From NCBI GenBank assembly GCA_951406725.2, contig OX597816.1, forward strand, positions 129,394,001 through 129,458,000: a DNA stretch of 64,000 nucleotides, read 5' to 3'. The DNA is from Octopus vulgaris. Its lineage: Eukaryota. Positions within the stretch are counted from its first letter, which is position 1, and each line of letters opens with the position of its first letter. A model generated the notes under the pieces. That model was not told the DNA's origin. It was given only the letters and a program-made list of their open reading frames with translations, and made no database searches. Below are positions 1 to 11,588 of the stretch, one piece after another. A program made the translations under genes and the position numbers.

Positions 1-49
1 ACATTTGTATTTTTGTGATCACATGTATGCAGTAGTCTGCAATTTTGTC

Positions 50-640
50 ATGGACAGGAACATAGAGGCAACATGAAATTTTGTGTTAAACTTGGGAAGT
101 TTTCTACAGAAACATTGAGCATACTTTGGGAAGCTTATGGTAATGAGGCAATGGGTCGTAAGCAATGTCTTGAGTGGCACAGGTGCATAAAAAGTAGAAG
201 AACATCCCAGGAAGACAATGAGGGTCTAGAAAACCTGCCAACTGGTATTGTTCATTGATAATTCAACCCCCAGGGCCACACTATCAATCAAGAGGTCTAC
301 TGTGATGTTTTGAAGTGTTTGAGGGAGAACATTCAGCAAAAGCGACCGGATCTGTGGAGCACAAAGAACAGGATTCTTCATGATAACAATGCACACTGTC
401 ACCAAGCTCTCCTAACTTGTGAGTTTCTCACCAAAGAAAACATGGTATCACTTCCAAATCCACCCTATTTGCCAGATTTAGTACCTGCAGATTTCCATCT
501 CTTCCCCTAGAGGAAAATGCAGCTCAAAGGTCACCATTTTAATACTGTTGTCAAGATCCAGAGTAAATTGCAGAAGGTCCTTGATTTGATTATGGAAAAC
601 GACTTTCAGGTCGGATTCCAAAAGTGGCAGAAAAACTGCT
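50..640 (+). mobile_element. Mariner transposase relic, internally deleted, with stops and frameshifts
   Basis: N-terminal HTH (MKFCVKLGKFSTETLSIL...EWHR) is joined directly to the catalytic C-terminus (GIVH...ILHDNNAHCH...NPPYLPDLVPADFHLFP, ~YSPDLAP.D motif). The WVP region is missing. Confidence 0.85.
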
Positions 641-891
641 ATGGGTTTCATGTTCATAAAGCACTCAGCTTTATAGCATTTCTTGTATATATATCAAAGT
701 ATCTCTTGGTTTTTATAATATTAATAATGTGTGTGTGTGTGTGTGTGTGTGTTTTATATTTGGTAGGATGGTGTGTGTGTATATGTGTGCACATTTGTGT
801 GTGTGTATATGTGTTTGGTTAATGTTTGTAAAGCCTGGGACCAATCAAAAACAGCCCACACACACAAACACATTTATATATATATATATAT

Positions 892-1310
892 AGGCGCAGG
901 AGTGGCTGTGTGGTAAGTAGCTTGCTTACCAACCACATGGTTCCAAGTTCAGTCCCACTGTGTGGCACTTTGGGCAAGTGTCTTCTACTATAGCCTCGGG
1001 CCGACCAAAGCCTTGTGAGTGGATTTGGTAGACGGAAACTGAAAGAAGCCCGTCGTATATATGTATATATATATATATATGTTGGCGTGTATGTTTGTGT
1101 GTCTGTGTTTTGTCCCCCTAGCATTGCTTAACAACCGATGCTGCTGTGTTTATGTCCCTGTCACTTAGCGGTTCGGCAAAAGAGACTGATAGAATAAGTA
1201 CTGAGCTTACAAAGAATAAGTCCCGGGGTCGAGTTGCTCGACTAAAGGCGGTGCTCCAGCATGGCCGCAGTCAACTGACTGAAACAAGTAAAAGAGTAAA
1301 AGAAAAGAGT
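892..1310 (+). mobile_element. tRNA-derived SINE, family A (internal microsatellite)
   Basis: Head GGCGCAGGAGTGGCTGTGTGGTAAG with A-box and B-box-like GTTCAGTCCC, internal (TA)/(TG) tract, tail ...TGACTGAAACAAGTAAAAGAG. More than 10 full or partial copies occur in the window. Confidence 0.85.
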
Positions 1311-1910
1311 ATATATACACACACACACACGCACAAAGACACACACACACACACCATTCTGACCTTCAAACAGATGCACATATACACATACATGCGCACA
1401 CACAACACCATGACAAATACCAATCACACACATACACACACACAACACCAAGACAATCACACACACGGTTGATCACATACATACACACACACATCTCAGA
1501 CACAACATGCACACTCCCATACACACATAACATCCCCATCAACACAAAAAATACACAAACATACATGCGCACACATACACACACACATGCGCACACACAC
1601 AACACTAAAATAAATATCAATCACACACACAACACCAAGACAATCATAACAATCACAAACATACTAGGACAGAGATACACACACTCACCTACACACACAT
1701 AACATCCCCACCAACACAAAATATACAAGCATACACAAGCACCCACAGATGCACACATACACACATACAAACAAACACAGACACACACTAGCACACACAC
1801 AACACACTAACAAACATTAACCATACACACACACACAAACGTGCACACATATACACACACCATCCTACCAAATATTAAACACACTCAAACACATCTACTT
1901 ACACCACAAT
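1311..1910. repeat. Degenerate (CA)-rich low-complexity region
   Basis: Interrupted CACA/CATA runs, which explain the His/Thr and Val/Cys-rich ORFs here. Confidence 0.85.
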
Positions 1911-2397
1911 AAACCCTGGGACCAATAAAAAACAGCCCACAAAACAAACACATGTATATATATATATACACACACAAAGACACACACACTCACACCATTC
2001 TGGCCTCTAAAGACCAATCTCCCAAATCACTGATTCTTGAAAGAGAAACAAAAACTTCTTTTCAATTCCACATTACTCTTCCTTCCCCCCACCCAAACAC
2101 ACCTACACTGTCCCTTGAAATAGAAAATAGTCTTTTACGATAATATGGTGAATCAGGTCAGTTCAAACTAAATATATCCCCCTCATTGTACATTTATATA
2201 CTACCAAAATGTAACCTTTTTGAACTTATAACTTTCTGTGTATATATATACAGATACAATACCAATATTTATCTGAACTTTTTAATAATTCTTTCTGTAA
2301 ACTGTTTTTAACATTCTCTTATTATTATCAAAGAATGCATATATGTATTGTAATATTTTGTGACAACCAGTACCTAACACAACCAAGCTTTTACATG

Positions 2398-2439
2398 TTA
2401 CTTTTGACAATCTTCTAAAAAAGTGAAACCGGTAAGTAA
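2398..2439 (+). ncRNA. Decayed type-I hammerhead ribozyme motif (Penelope-like terminus)
   Basis: TTACT-t-TTGACAA-tcttctaaaaaagt-GAAAC-CG-GTA-AGTAA. Stem I is TTACT/AGTAA and stem III is palindromic, but the core differs from CTGANGA at two positions. A (TA)n tract follows about 40 nt later. Confidence 0.45.
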
Positions 2440-2474
2440 ATAAACATCTTTTAAAACTGCATTTTCAAACCTTC

Positions 2475-2529
<55 letters not shown>

Positions 2530-3202
2530 TATGTATATATATATATATATGTAACAGTTATGATATTCGTTGGTTGCCATTGTGCAAGATAAAACAGTAA
2601 TTGAAGTTGTAAAGAGATATTTATTTACCATTACATTAATATAATGCTGTACCACAACGGGTAGGCTAATATAACAGTATAACAAAGTTCATAAAGCATG
2701 CAAGATAAAGAAAGTTAATTTCAGCCTGTACATGTGTGTACACGATCTCATAGTAGTATATAGAGAGGGATATGGTAATGTTACAGAGAAAAGAAAGTGA
2801 GTTAGTAAAGGTGAGAGTGGTGGAACAAAACATTTACTTCATTGGTGAGTTAGTATAGTTGTCCCTTTGTGCATTTTCCTTCAGAGACAGCATTTTGTTC
2901 AGCCAGACCCAGTTCTCACTAACTTTGGCTTACATAGTTCCTGTTTTCATAACTGTCGAAAACTAGTTAGAAAGATAGACATATTGTTGAGAACAATAGA
3001 TTTCATTGGGGGTCTGTTATCTCTATTCTAGCTTTCGGTGGTCAAATGACAAAGACATTATTCTGCTTAGCGAAGGCATCTGGCAAATGTAACTGCTGTC
3101 ACTCACAGAAAAACTATTATTTTACCATGAGAAAAGTGCTGTTGAATTGTTAAGTGAATTTTGGCTATCAAGGATCAAATCCATGCCATGCCTGCATGAA
3201 GC

Positions 3203-3234
<32 letters not shown>

Positions 3235-3594
3235 AACAAAAGTACGTTTAAAGAAAATCACATCTTTAATTGTAAAATTCACATTACAAACCTGATAATT
3301 GTTTCTGTTGTGTTAACAGAAACAATTGTCAGCATTGTAAGGTGAATTCTGCAAAGATGTGATTTTCTCTATACATATTTTTGTTGTCTAATACTCTGAA
3401 TTTCTGGAAACTCTTCTAAATGATATTTGGATCTATTTGTCTTACATAAGGAATTAAATTGTATGTGTATTCTACTTGCATTTATTGGTGTCCAATTTGT
3501 TGGATATAGTTAACCACATTAATTTAAAACTGCTTTATTGATATCTGCTTGGACTTTTTAATCCCTCTTTTCTTCTTACATCTATACATACATG

Positions 3595-3624
<30 letters not shown>

Positions 3625-3626
<2 letters not shown>

Positions 3627-3885
3627 ATCAGCTTCCACAAAGTTTCCGTCTTCCAAATCCACTCAAGGCTTTTGTCGACCTGGGGCTATAGTAGAAAACA
3701 TTTGTTCATGGTGCTATGCAGTGGGGCCAAACCTGAAAATAAGTGGTATCCTGGAAAATTGTTTTCTTCTATAGCGCTGAGTCGACTAAAAACTTGTGAA
3801 TGGTTTTCGTAAATGGAAACTGAAAGAAGCCCGCTGTATGCGAGTACATGTGGGGGTGGTTCTGGGTGCGTGCGTGCGTACGTAC

Positions 3886-3928
<43 letters not shown>

Positions 3929-4150
3929 TGTGTGTGTATGTCCACCACTGCTTGACACTGCTTGACAACCGGTGTTGGTTTCTTTACATCCTCGTAACTT
4001 GATTGTTCGGCAAAAAAGAAACATAGAGTAAATACCAGGTCTTGAAAAAAATGAGTACTGAGATCGATTTGTTCGACTAAAACCCTTCAAGGCAGTGCTC
4101 CAGTATGACCGCAGTCTAATGACCGAAACGGAAAAAAGATTAAAGACAAA
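3625..4150. mobile_element. Two SINE family A fragments in opposite orientation
   Basis: 3625-3760 is a reverse-complement 5' half. About 3790-4150 is a forward 3' part with a (TG)n insert. Confidence 0.7.
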
Positions 4151-4782
4151 AGATAAATATTTACTCCTCAACTTTTCCCTTACATTAAAATGAACTTCGA
4201 AAAAAAAAGTAAGGAGTTGTTTCCCTTTGCATTTAGAACGATGTTCTCCTGGGAGGGAACTGAAATGGAATTACCCGAATTCTTTTTCAAGTCATTGACT
4301 TTAAAATTGATCACTATTGAGTGTAATAGCTCATTAGAAATTTTTATCTCGCCGTGAAAGTCACACTAAACATAGATTGAACAGCTGAACTGAAATATAT
4401 CTAGCTTTTTGTGATGAATTAACGATCTTTTAAATAATTATTTCTCGAAAAATAGATTTGAAAAAAGAAAACGAGCTTTTTTTCAACTTTCATGGGGAAA
4501 ACAGAGATCAAACGATAAATTTTATCGGGTGATTTAAGATACAAGTGTGAGGTGCCATTTTCGCTTAGATAAATAAGCGATGATGATGATGATGATGATA
4601 TTTCGGGAGATAGAACGATCACTCGATAGATAGATGCATTCATACATACACATATATACACACATAATGCATACTTATTTTTTTAAATAAATTTGTACAC
4701 ACACACATTCATAAAAAGATACATACACACACGCACACATACATAGATATACACACACGCACGCACGCACACGCACGCACGC

Positions 4783-4825
<43 letters not shown>

Positions 4826-4877
4826 TACATACACACACATACATACATACATACATACATACATACATACATACATA

Positions 4878-6468
4878 CAATGGTGGGCTGAAAAGTTCAT
4901 AGGCTGACTATGAAGGTGTGATGCCAGAGTTGTGAAGTCTTGCATGCAATAATTTCAAATTTTATTAGTAGCTGCATTGTTTCTTTCTGGGTAAACTGAC
5001 ATCTCACTGTTTAAAAAAGTTCACCAACCACATGGTTCCGGGTTCAGTCCCACTGTGTGGCACCTTGGGCAAGTGTCTTCTAGTATAGCCTCAAGCCGAC
5101 CAAAGCCTTGTGAGTGGATTTGGTAGACGGAAACTGAAAGAAGCCCATCGTATATATGTGTATATATATATGTGTGTGTATATGTTTGTATGTCTGTGTT
5201 TGTCCCCCCCAACATCGCTTGACAACCGATGCTAGTGTGTTTACATCCCCGTAACTTTGTGGTTTGGCAAAAGAGACCGATAGAATAAGTACTAGGCTTA
5301 CAAAGAATAAGTCCTGGGGTTGATTTGCTCGACTAAAGGCGGTGCTCCAGCATGGCCACAGTCAAATGACTGAAACAAGTAAAAGAGTAGCGACTTCTCT
5401 TGAAATTGGACACAATTTGGCATCATGGTGTTATGAAGTACTTGGAGAAAAATGGACATTTGTGTTGGCATGGTTGCCATGTTAGGGGGTGCCATTCCAG
5501 TTTTATCAACAGGGCAAAGGTGGGCAGCTGAATTTAGGAAGGGAAGGGAGGACCTTGAAGATGATCCAAAGTCTGGACATCCTGCAATGGCCACCACTGA
5601 CGAAAACATTGATTGTGTTCATCACATGGTGATGGATGACAGTTGACTGACTACAAATCAAATAGCCTGTGCTATTAGCAAATCCTGTGAGAGAGTTGAG
5701 AATATTCAACGCAATGAACTTGGCATGATGAAGGTTTATGCTCGGTGGGTGCCAATTCTTTTCATACCTGATCAAAAGTGCACCAGGCTGATCACATCCT
5801 GGGAAAGTTTGACATTGTTTGAGGCAGATCCAGCTGGTTTCCTTGAATGTTTCCTAACCTTGGATGACAGTTGACTTCTTCACTTTGAAACAGAGACAAA
5901 GAGACAATCCATGCAATGGAAACACCTCCTCACCTACCCCAAAGAAGGCCAAGGTTGTTTGATCAGCAGGGAAGGTGATGTCCTCAGGTTTTGGGAATGC
6001 AAAACGCATTGTGTTTATTGAACCTCTTCAAAAGAGCCACACCATCAATGGAGAGAACTACACCAACTTGATAAGGCAGTTTTGAAAGTTTATTAAGACC
6101 AAATGCCCAGGAAAACTGATGAAAGGGATCTTGTTACATCAGGACAGTGCTCCAGCACACAAATCCTTGGTTTCAATGGCTACTGTGCATGACTGCGAAT
6201 TTGAACTGGTTGATCAGCATCTCTATCATCTGTTACCCAACATGAATAAAAGTTTTGGCTGGGAACCAGTATTGCAGTGATGATGACTCATATCTGCTGC
6301 TGACTATTTTTGACCAACAAGATGAAAGCTTCTTCATCAATGGGATCCAGGCATTGCAATGTTGGTGTTTGTGGACTGCATAGGGGACTACATTGAAAAA
6401 TAAACCTCATTTGGTTACATTCTTTGAGAGCATCTTAGTCAACCAATGAACTTTTCAGCCAACCCTCA
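4878..6468 (+). mobile_element. Full-length degenerate mariner element with TIRs
   Basis: TIRs TA|CAATGGTGGGCTGAAAAGTTCATAGGCTGAC and GTCAACCAATGAACTTTTCAGCCAACCCTCA|TA. Transposase remnants include RWAAEFRKGREDLEDDPKSGHP and KVYARWVP. About 1.2 kb once the SINE insert is removed. Confidence 0.9.
5021..5390 (+). mobile_element. 5'-truncated SINE family A inside the mariner
   Basis: Matches the body and tail of 892-1310. Confidence 0.85.
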
Positions 6469-6639
6469 TACACATACATGCACATACATACATACACACA
6501 GATGCATACATACATAAACACACAAATAAATGCACATACATACATACATAAATACATACATACATACATACATACATACATACATACATACATACATACA
6601 TACATACATACATACATACATACATACATACATACATAC

Positions 6640-6727
6640 CCTGTTGTTGATGTTGAAATTCTAATGAAGGTTAGAAACCAGATCTTTTTCTCTTGGCAAG
6701 AAATCTTGAAATAAACTGAATAATGAC
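6640..6727 (+). mobile_element. Short 3' tip of an R4/Dong-like LINE within (CATA)n
   Basis: TTAGAAACCAG...AAGAAATCTTGAAATAAACTGAATAATGACATAC resembles the 3' ends at 31632 and 33546 (minus strand). (CATA)n lies on both sides. Confidence 0.45.
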
Positions 6728-6808
6728 ATACATACATACATATTTTGATTACAGAAATATTAACTTTCCAAAGTATAGCTTACAACAATAGATTTTCAAT
6801 ACAAATTA

Positions 6809-6879
6809 TATGTTTTAGTACTGTATATAATCAGTTAAGGAACTCTTCCTTAACTAATTATATACAGTACTAAAACATA
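6809..6879. repeat. 34 bp inverted repeat with 3 nt spacer
   Basis: TATGTTTTAGTACTGTATATAATCAGTTAAGGAA-ctc-TTCCTTAACTAATTATATACAGTACTAAAACATA, one mismatch. Confidence 0.9.
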
Positions 6880-6939
6880 AAAAACAACTAAAACATCATC
6901 ATCATCATCATCATTGTTATCATCATTGTCATTTTAATC

Positions 6940-6975
6940 ATAGTCAGCCTATGAACTTTTCAACCCACCCTCATA
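6940..6975 (+). mobile_element. Solo right-end mariner TIR
   Basis: ATAGTCAGCCTATGAACTTTTCAACCCACCCTCATA is a near reverse complement of the TIR at 4876-4910. Confidence 0.75.
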
Positions 6976-7463
6976 AATTTCAATGTGAAATGCACCAGTA
7001 ATTTTTTGTTTGCAAGAGAGAGAGAGAGAGAAAGAGAGAAAGAAACAAACAAATAAAGCGAGAAGAAAAGAAAGAAATGAACAAAGCAAGATGAAAAGAA
7101 AGAAAGAAAGTAAGAAAGAAAGAAAAAAGAAAGAAAGAAAGAAACTGAAAACCAGTGTTTACAAATGGAGGTGTTTCTGGGGAGCTGTAGACTTCTTTCA
7201 TCTTCACTGCTATTGTGGTTTAATGTTGTGATGCTTACCTGCTCATACCCACCCTCAAATCTCTGTGATTTAACTGAACCACACCCCCTTAATTACACTA
7301 GATAACTTCAATCTAACAATCTCAGGAAATACTCTAACTCCCCTATTTATGACATAATGAAGACCTACAAGAAATTCCTCACTGGTTTTATACAATGTTA
7401 AATCAAATAAAATAGCTGTAATGTGTTGGACTAGAGATAAACTAAAATTCTGTGCTGCATCAG

Positions 7464-7590
7464 AATTTTGTCAGTGATCAGGTCGCAGTCTCAAAGCGAT
7501 GAAAATATTTTGGCAAATTAAATTTAAATGTTGAAGTGAACCTTAACGGTTTTTGTGTGTTTTTAAATGGCTTATAAATGGTTTATAACT
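7464..7590 (+). mobile_element. Penelope-like terminal repeat with hammerhead relic (same family as the 18615 hairpin)
   Basis: AATTTTGTCA-GTGATCA-GGTCGC..GCGAT-GAAA-ATATTT-TGGCAAATT, followed by sequence similar to 18708-18770. Confidence 0.55.
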
Positions 7591-7823
7591 ATAAATATGT
7601 TTACAACTAATTCTGACCTCCTCAACAAAACTTGAACTTCATCATACATGCTGAAGTAGTGATGAATACATTATTATGCAAATATATGACAATGTTCGTA
7701 TTTTAATGTAGGAAAATTGATTTGAGGAACTGTTCTTGATTGGTAAGTGATTTGATCACAAACTATTTCATCGTAGAGACATCTTAGCCACACAAAATCT
7801 CTAATGATATTTATATTTCATTT

Positions 7824-8445
7824 AAGGCAGTGAGCTGGCAGAAATGTTAGCACACTGGGCGAAATGCTTAGTAGTATTTACGTTCTAAGTTCAAGTTCCA
7901 CCAAGGTCGACTTTGCTTTTCATCCTTTCAGGGTCAATAAATTAAGTACCAGTTGCATACTGGGGTCAATCTAATTGACTGCCCTCACCCTCCCCAAAAA
8001 TTTTGAGCCTTGTGCCTAGAGTAGAAACAAATATATTGGTCAAATCAACTGGCCCCTTCCCCAAAAATTTCAGGCTTTGTGCCGAGAGTAGAAAAGAATA
8101 TATCAATCTAACTGACTGGCCCCCATTCCTCAAAAATTTTGTGCCTTGTGCCTAGAGTAGAAAAGAATATATCAGTGTAATCGACAAGCCCCTTCCCCAA
8201 AAATTTCAGGCCTTGTGCCTAGAGTAGAAAAGAATATTTATCTTCCCTGATGGCAGCGAGCTGGCAGAAATGTTAGCACACTGGGCAAAATGTTTTTACA
8301 TTCTAAGTACAAATTCCACCAAGGTTAACTTTGCCTATTCATCTTTTCAGGATCGATAAATTAAGTACCAATTGTGTACTTAAATCAACTGACCCCCTCC
8401 ACAAAAATTTCAGGCCTTGAGCCTAGAGTAGAAAAGAATATTTAT
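7824..8445 (+). mobile_element. Tandem SINE family B copies with a repeated 3' tail unit
   Basis: Head AAGGCAGTGAGCTGGCAGAAATGTTAGCAC and core GACTTTGCTTTTCATCCTTTCAGGGTCAATAAATTAAGTACCAG (resembles the MetaSINE core). The ~62 bp tail unit ...CCTTGTGCCTAGAGTAGAAAAGAAT occurs 4 times before a second copy. Confidence 0.85.
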
Positions 8446-8849
8446 CTTTCATTTATTTCTTTAAGGGTTAAACATTTTTTTTTTCATTTTTTCAAATTGT
8501 GACTTGCTCATTGACACAATTCCACTGCAGTTGTTGAATATTAGTTATTCTCTTTATTTTTATATATATACTTGGCAAACAGTGACTCTACATATTCAAA
8601 ACCAACCACCATGACAAAGTAATTAGGAAAATAGCAGGAATAGTAATTAAGAAATGTACAAATTTATAGACAAACAGAAGAACTGAACCTTAAAGTGACT
8701 AACAGTGTCCCAAGTGAATAGATCAAACAGCAAGAAAAAAAAAATACAATGAAAATTTGTGGCCCATAAAATCTCACCAGAAACTAATTTTGAATAACAA
8801 AATATTAAGATTTGAACTTAATTATATATCTAACATGTATCTTTTATTC

Positions 8850-9050
8850 TATATCTTTTACTTATTTCAGTCATTTGACTGTGGCCATGCTGGGGCACCA
8901 CCTTGAAGGATTTTAACTGAACAGATTGACTCCAATACTTGTATTTTAAGCCTGATACTTATTCTAGTGGCCTTTTTCACCAAACTGGGACATAAACACA
9001 TCAACACCAGTTGTCAGGTAGTGGTAACGGACAAACACAGATACAAAGGC
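8850..9050 (-). mobile_element. SINE family A 3' half
   Basis: Reverse complement of the family A tail (TTTCAGTCATTTGACTGTGGCCATGCTGG). Confidence 0.7.
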
Positions 9051-9071
9051 ACACACTGGGAGACATATACA

Positions 9072-9109
<38 letters not shown>

Positions 9110-9264
9110 TAACTTTCCTTGTGTTGAGTTCGGCATTTCTCACGGGCCTTCCAAAGCTTGCTTTTATTTGGGATCATTCTCCTCTTTCTCTCATCGTAGT
9201 GTTTTGTTACCTCGGATATTTCTTCACCGATTCATGTCTCACTTTTAAATGTACCATACAAGTG

Positions 9265-9640
9265 AGATTGTTGCCGGAGCAACAAGCTGGCTTCGTGCTG
9301 ATGGCACGTTAAACACACCACTCGAGCGTGATCATTACTGCGTCGCCTTACTAGCATTTGTGCTGGTGGCAACTGAGAGGTCGTCGCCAGTGCCGCTGGA
9401 CTGGCTCCCGTGCAGGTGGCACATAAAAAGCACCATTTGGGCATGGCCGTTGCCAGTACCATCAAACTGGCACGTAAAAGCACCCACTACACTCTCAGAG
9501 TGGTTGGCATTAGGAAGGGCATCCAGCTGTAGAAACTCTGCCAGATCAGATTGGAGTCTGGTTCGCCAGACCTCAGTCAAATCGTCCAACCCATGCTAGC
9601 ATGGAAAGCGGATGTTAAATGATGATGATGATGATGATGA
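9265..9640 (+). mobile_element. 5'-truncated RTE LINE 3' UTR with stem-loop array and (GAT)n tail
   Basis: Repeated GTGC.GGTGGCAC.TAAAAAGCAC units, then GGAAGGGCATCCAGCTGTAGAAAC and CCAACCCATGCTAGCATGGAAAGCGGATGTTAAATGATGAT. The same UTR follows RTE ORF remnants at 29800-30485 and 31979-32535. Confidence 0.75.
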
Positions 9641-9971
9641 TATATTTATATATATTTGTCTGTATGTGTGTGTGTGTACATGCATGCGTGCGTGCACACA
9701 TATACATACACACATAATAAACATGTCTATATATCTTGAGTATTCCAAATGTATCTTAATGTAATCCTTCTATTGTCCTTTGTACACCTTGATGATTTTC
9801 CATTCAAGGTATTTAAAATGCAAAATTATATGTTTTGTAATTTTAATTTTGTCTGTGAAATGAAAAAAATTGTAGATGAATATGTTAATTAATTAATGAA
9901 TTAATTTGTATTCATTAGATTTCTCTGTTTTCTAGCTCGATAATAATAATTATATATATATATATATATAT

Positions 9972-10350
9972 TGTGGCACTCTGTCGGTTATGATGGTGAG
10001 GGTTCCAATTGATCCGATCAACGGAACAACCTGCTCGTGAAATTAACATGCAAGTGGCTCAGCACTCCACAGACATGTGTACCCTTAACGTAGTTCTTGG
10101 GGAAATTCATCGTGACACAGAGTGTGACAAGGCTGGCCCTTTGAAATACAGGTACAACGGAAACAGGAAGAAAGAGTGAGAGAAAGTTTTGGCAAAAGAG
10201 TGCAGCAGGGTTCGCCGCCACCTCCTGCTGGAGCTTTGTGGGGCTTTAGATGTTTTTACTCAATAAACACTCACAACACCCAGTCTGGGAACCGAAACCA
10301 CAATCCTACAAACGTGAGTCTAACCCTAACCACTAGGCCATTGCACCTCC
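9972..10350 (-). mobile_element. tRNA-derived SINE, family C
   Basis: Minus-strand head TGGAGGTGCAATGGCCTAGTGGTTAGG...GTTTCGGTTCCC. The head is shared with 43717-44000 and the tail with 19385-19605. Flanked by (TA)n. Confidence 0.75.
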
Positions 10351-10351
10351 A

Positions 10352-10422
<71 letters not shown>

Positions 10423-10591
10423 GAGAGACAGAGAGACAGAGAGAGAATAGTAAAAAGTGAAAAAACTACAGAAGGCTTGTTTTAAAAGGTTAAAAAATAT
10501 ATATTTGAGTCAATATGTCTGAAGAATATTATAAATTTTTTTCTTACAATGACATAGTTTAGAAGAAAGACCGGTTTCGCGTTTAGCTTTT

Positions 10592-10622
<31 letters not shown>

Positions 10623-10627
<5 letters not shown>

Positions 10628-10957
10628 AATATTAGGGAATAAATCCAAACTCACAGGGAAAAATCAGATTTAGGATTGAATCCAATTTTATAGTAAAATA
10701 TTATATTATATTAAATTAGAGACAAAACCACTATTAGGCAAATCAAACAATGAAAAACTTAAGCCAATACATATGATTAATTTATATTATTTAAATATAT
10801 AACAAAATTATTAAAAAATATAATTAATATCACACATTAATTATATTTTTTAATAATTTTGTTATATATTTAAATAATATAAATTAATCATATGTATTGG
10901 CTTAAGTTTTTCATTGTTTGATTTGCCTAATAGTGGTTTTGTCTCTAATTTAATATA

Positions 10958-10962
<5 letters not shown>
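10623..10962. repeat. Perfect foldback: 127 bp arms (10702-10828 / 10836-10962), 7 nt spacer, between (TA)n tracts
   Basis: The arms read as exact reverse complements. The left arm continues about 80 bp further to a (TA)n tract. Confidence 0.9.
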
Positions 10963-11015
<53 letters not shown>

Positions 11016-11588
11016 TACAAATTGGACATGGGCAATCGTTGTATTCTTTCTTGTTTGAGGTTCACAGCCAAACGGCTGGGTGGATTCGTGTGAAAAACGG
11101 CACACATGTGGAAATGGGTGCATAGATTGGAATGTGGCTTGTATTGTTTTCCTAGCCCCCATAGTTACTGAGAAAATCGATAAAAACTTTTTCTAATGGA
11201 ATTCCCCTGTTTGTTCCACCATTAAAACAAGCAGTTGCTCACACAGCTGGCATATACCATTTCACTAGCAACAAGTCAGCCAAAACTTTTGCTATGCTGT
11301 CTCTCTTCTTTCACCTCTTAGTGGTGTTAATAATCTTAATCTTTAGTTACAGTTTCTCATTCAAACTACATAATAGGCAGAATTGTCAGATTAAGACAGT
11401 AGGGTGTTTTGAGGGAGATTTGGCTGCTATTTCTACCAGGTCTAGCTACCATGTAGAGGTCTGAACTTAATTTTCATTCACATATTTGCAATTCAAAAAT
11501 TTAACATAATCTTTTACATAAATTAACTATCCTAAACATTTTATACGATAACCTCACATTTTTTATGTATGTGTGTGTACCTTAAAAG

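Noticed and set aside
892-960. tRNA genes at SINE heads
   Set aside because: A/B boxes are present but there is no complete cloverleaf, and they continue into SINE bodies.
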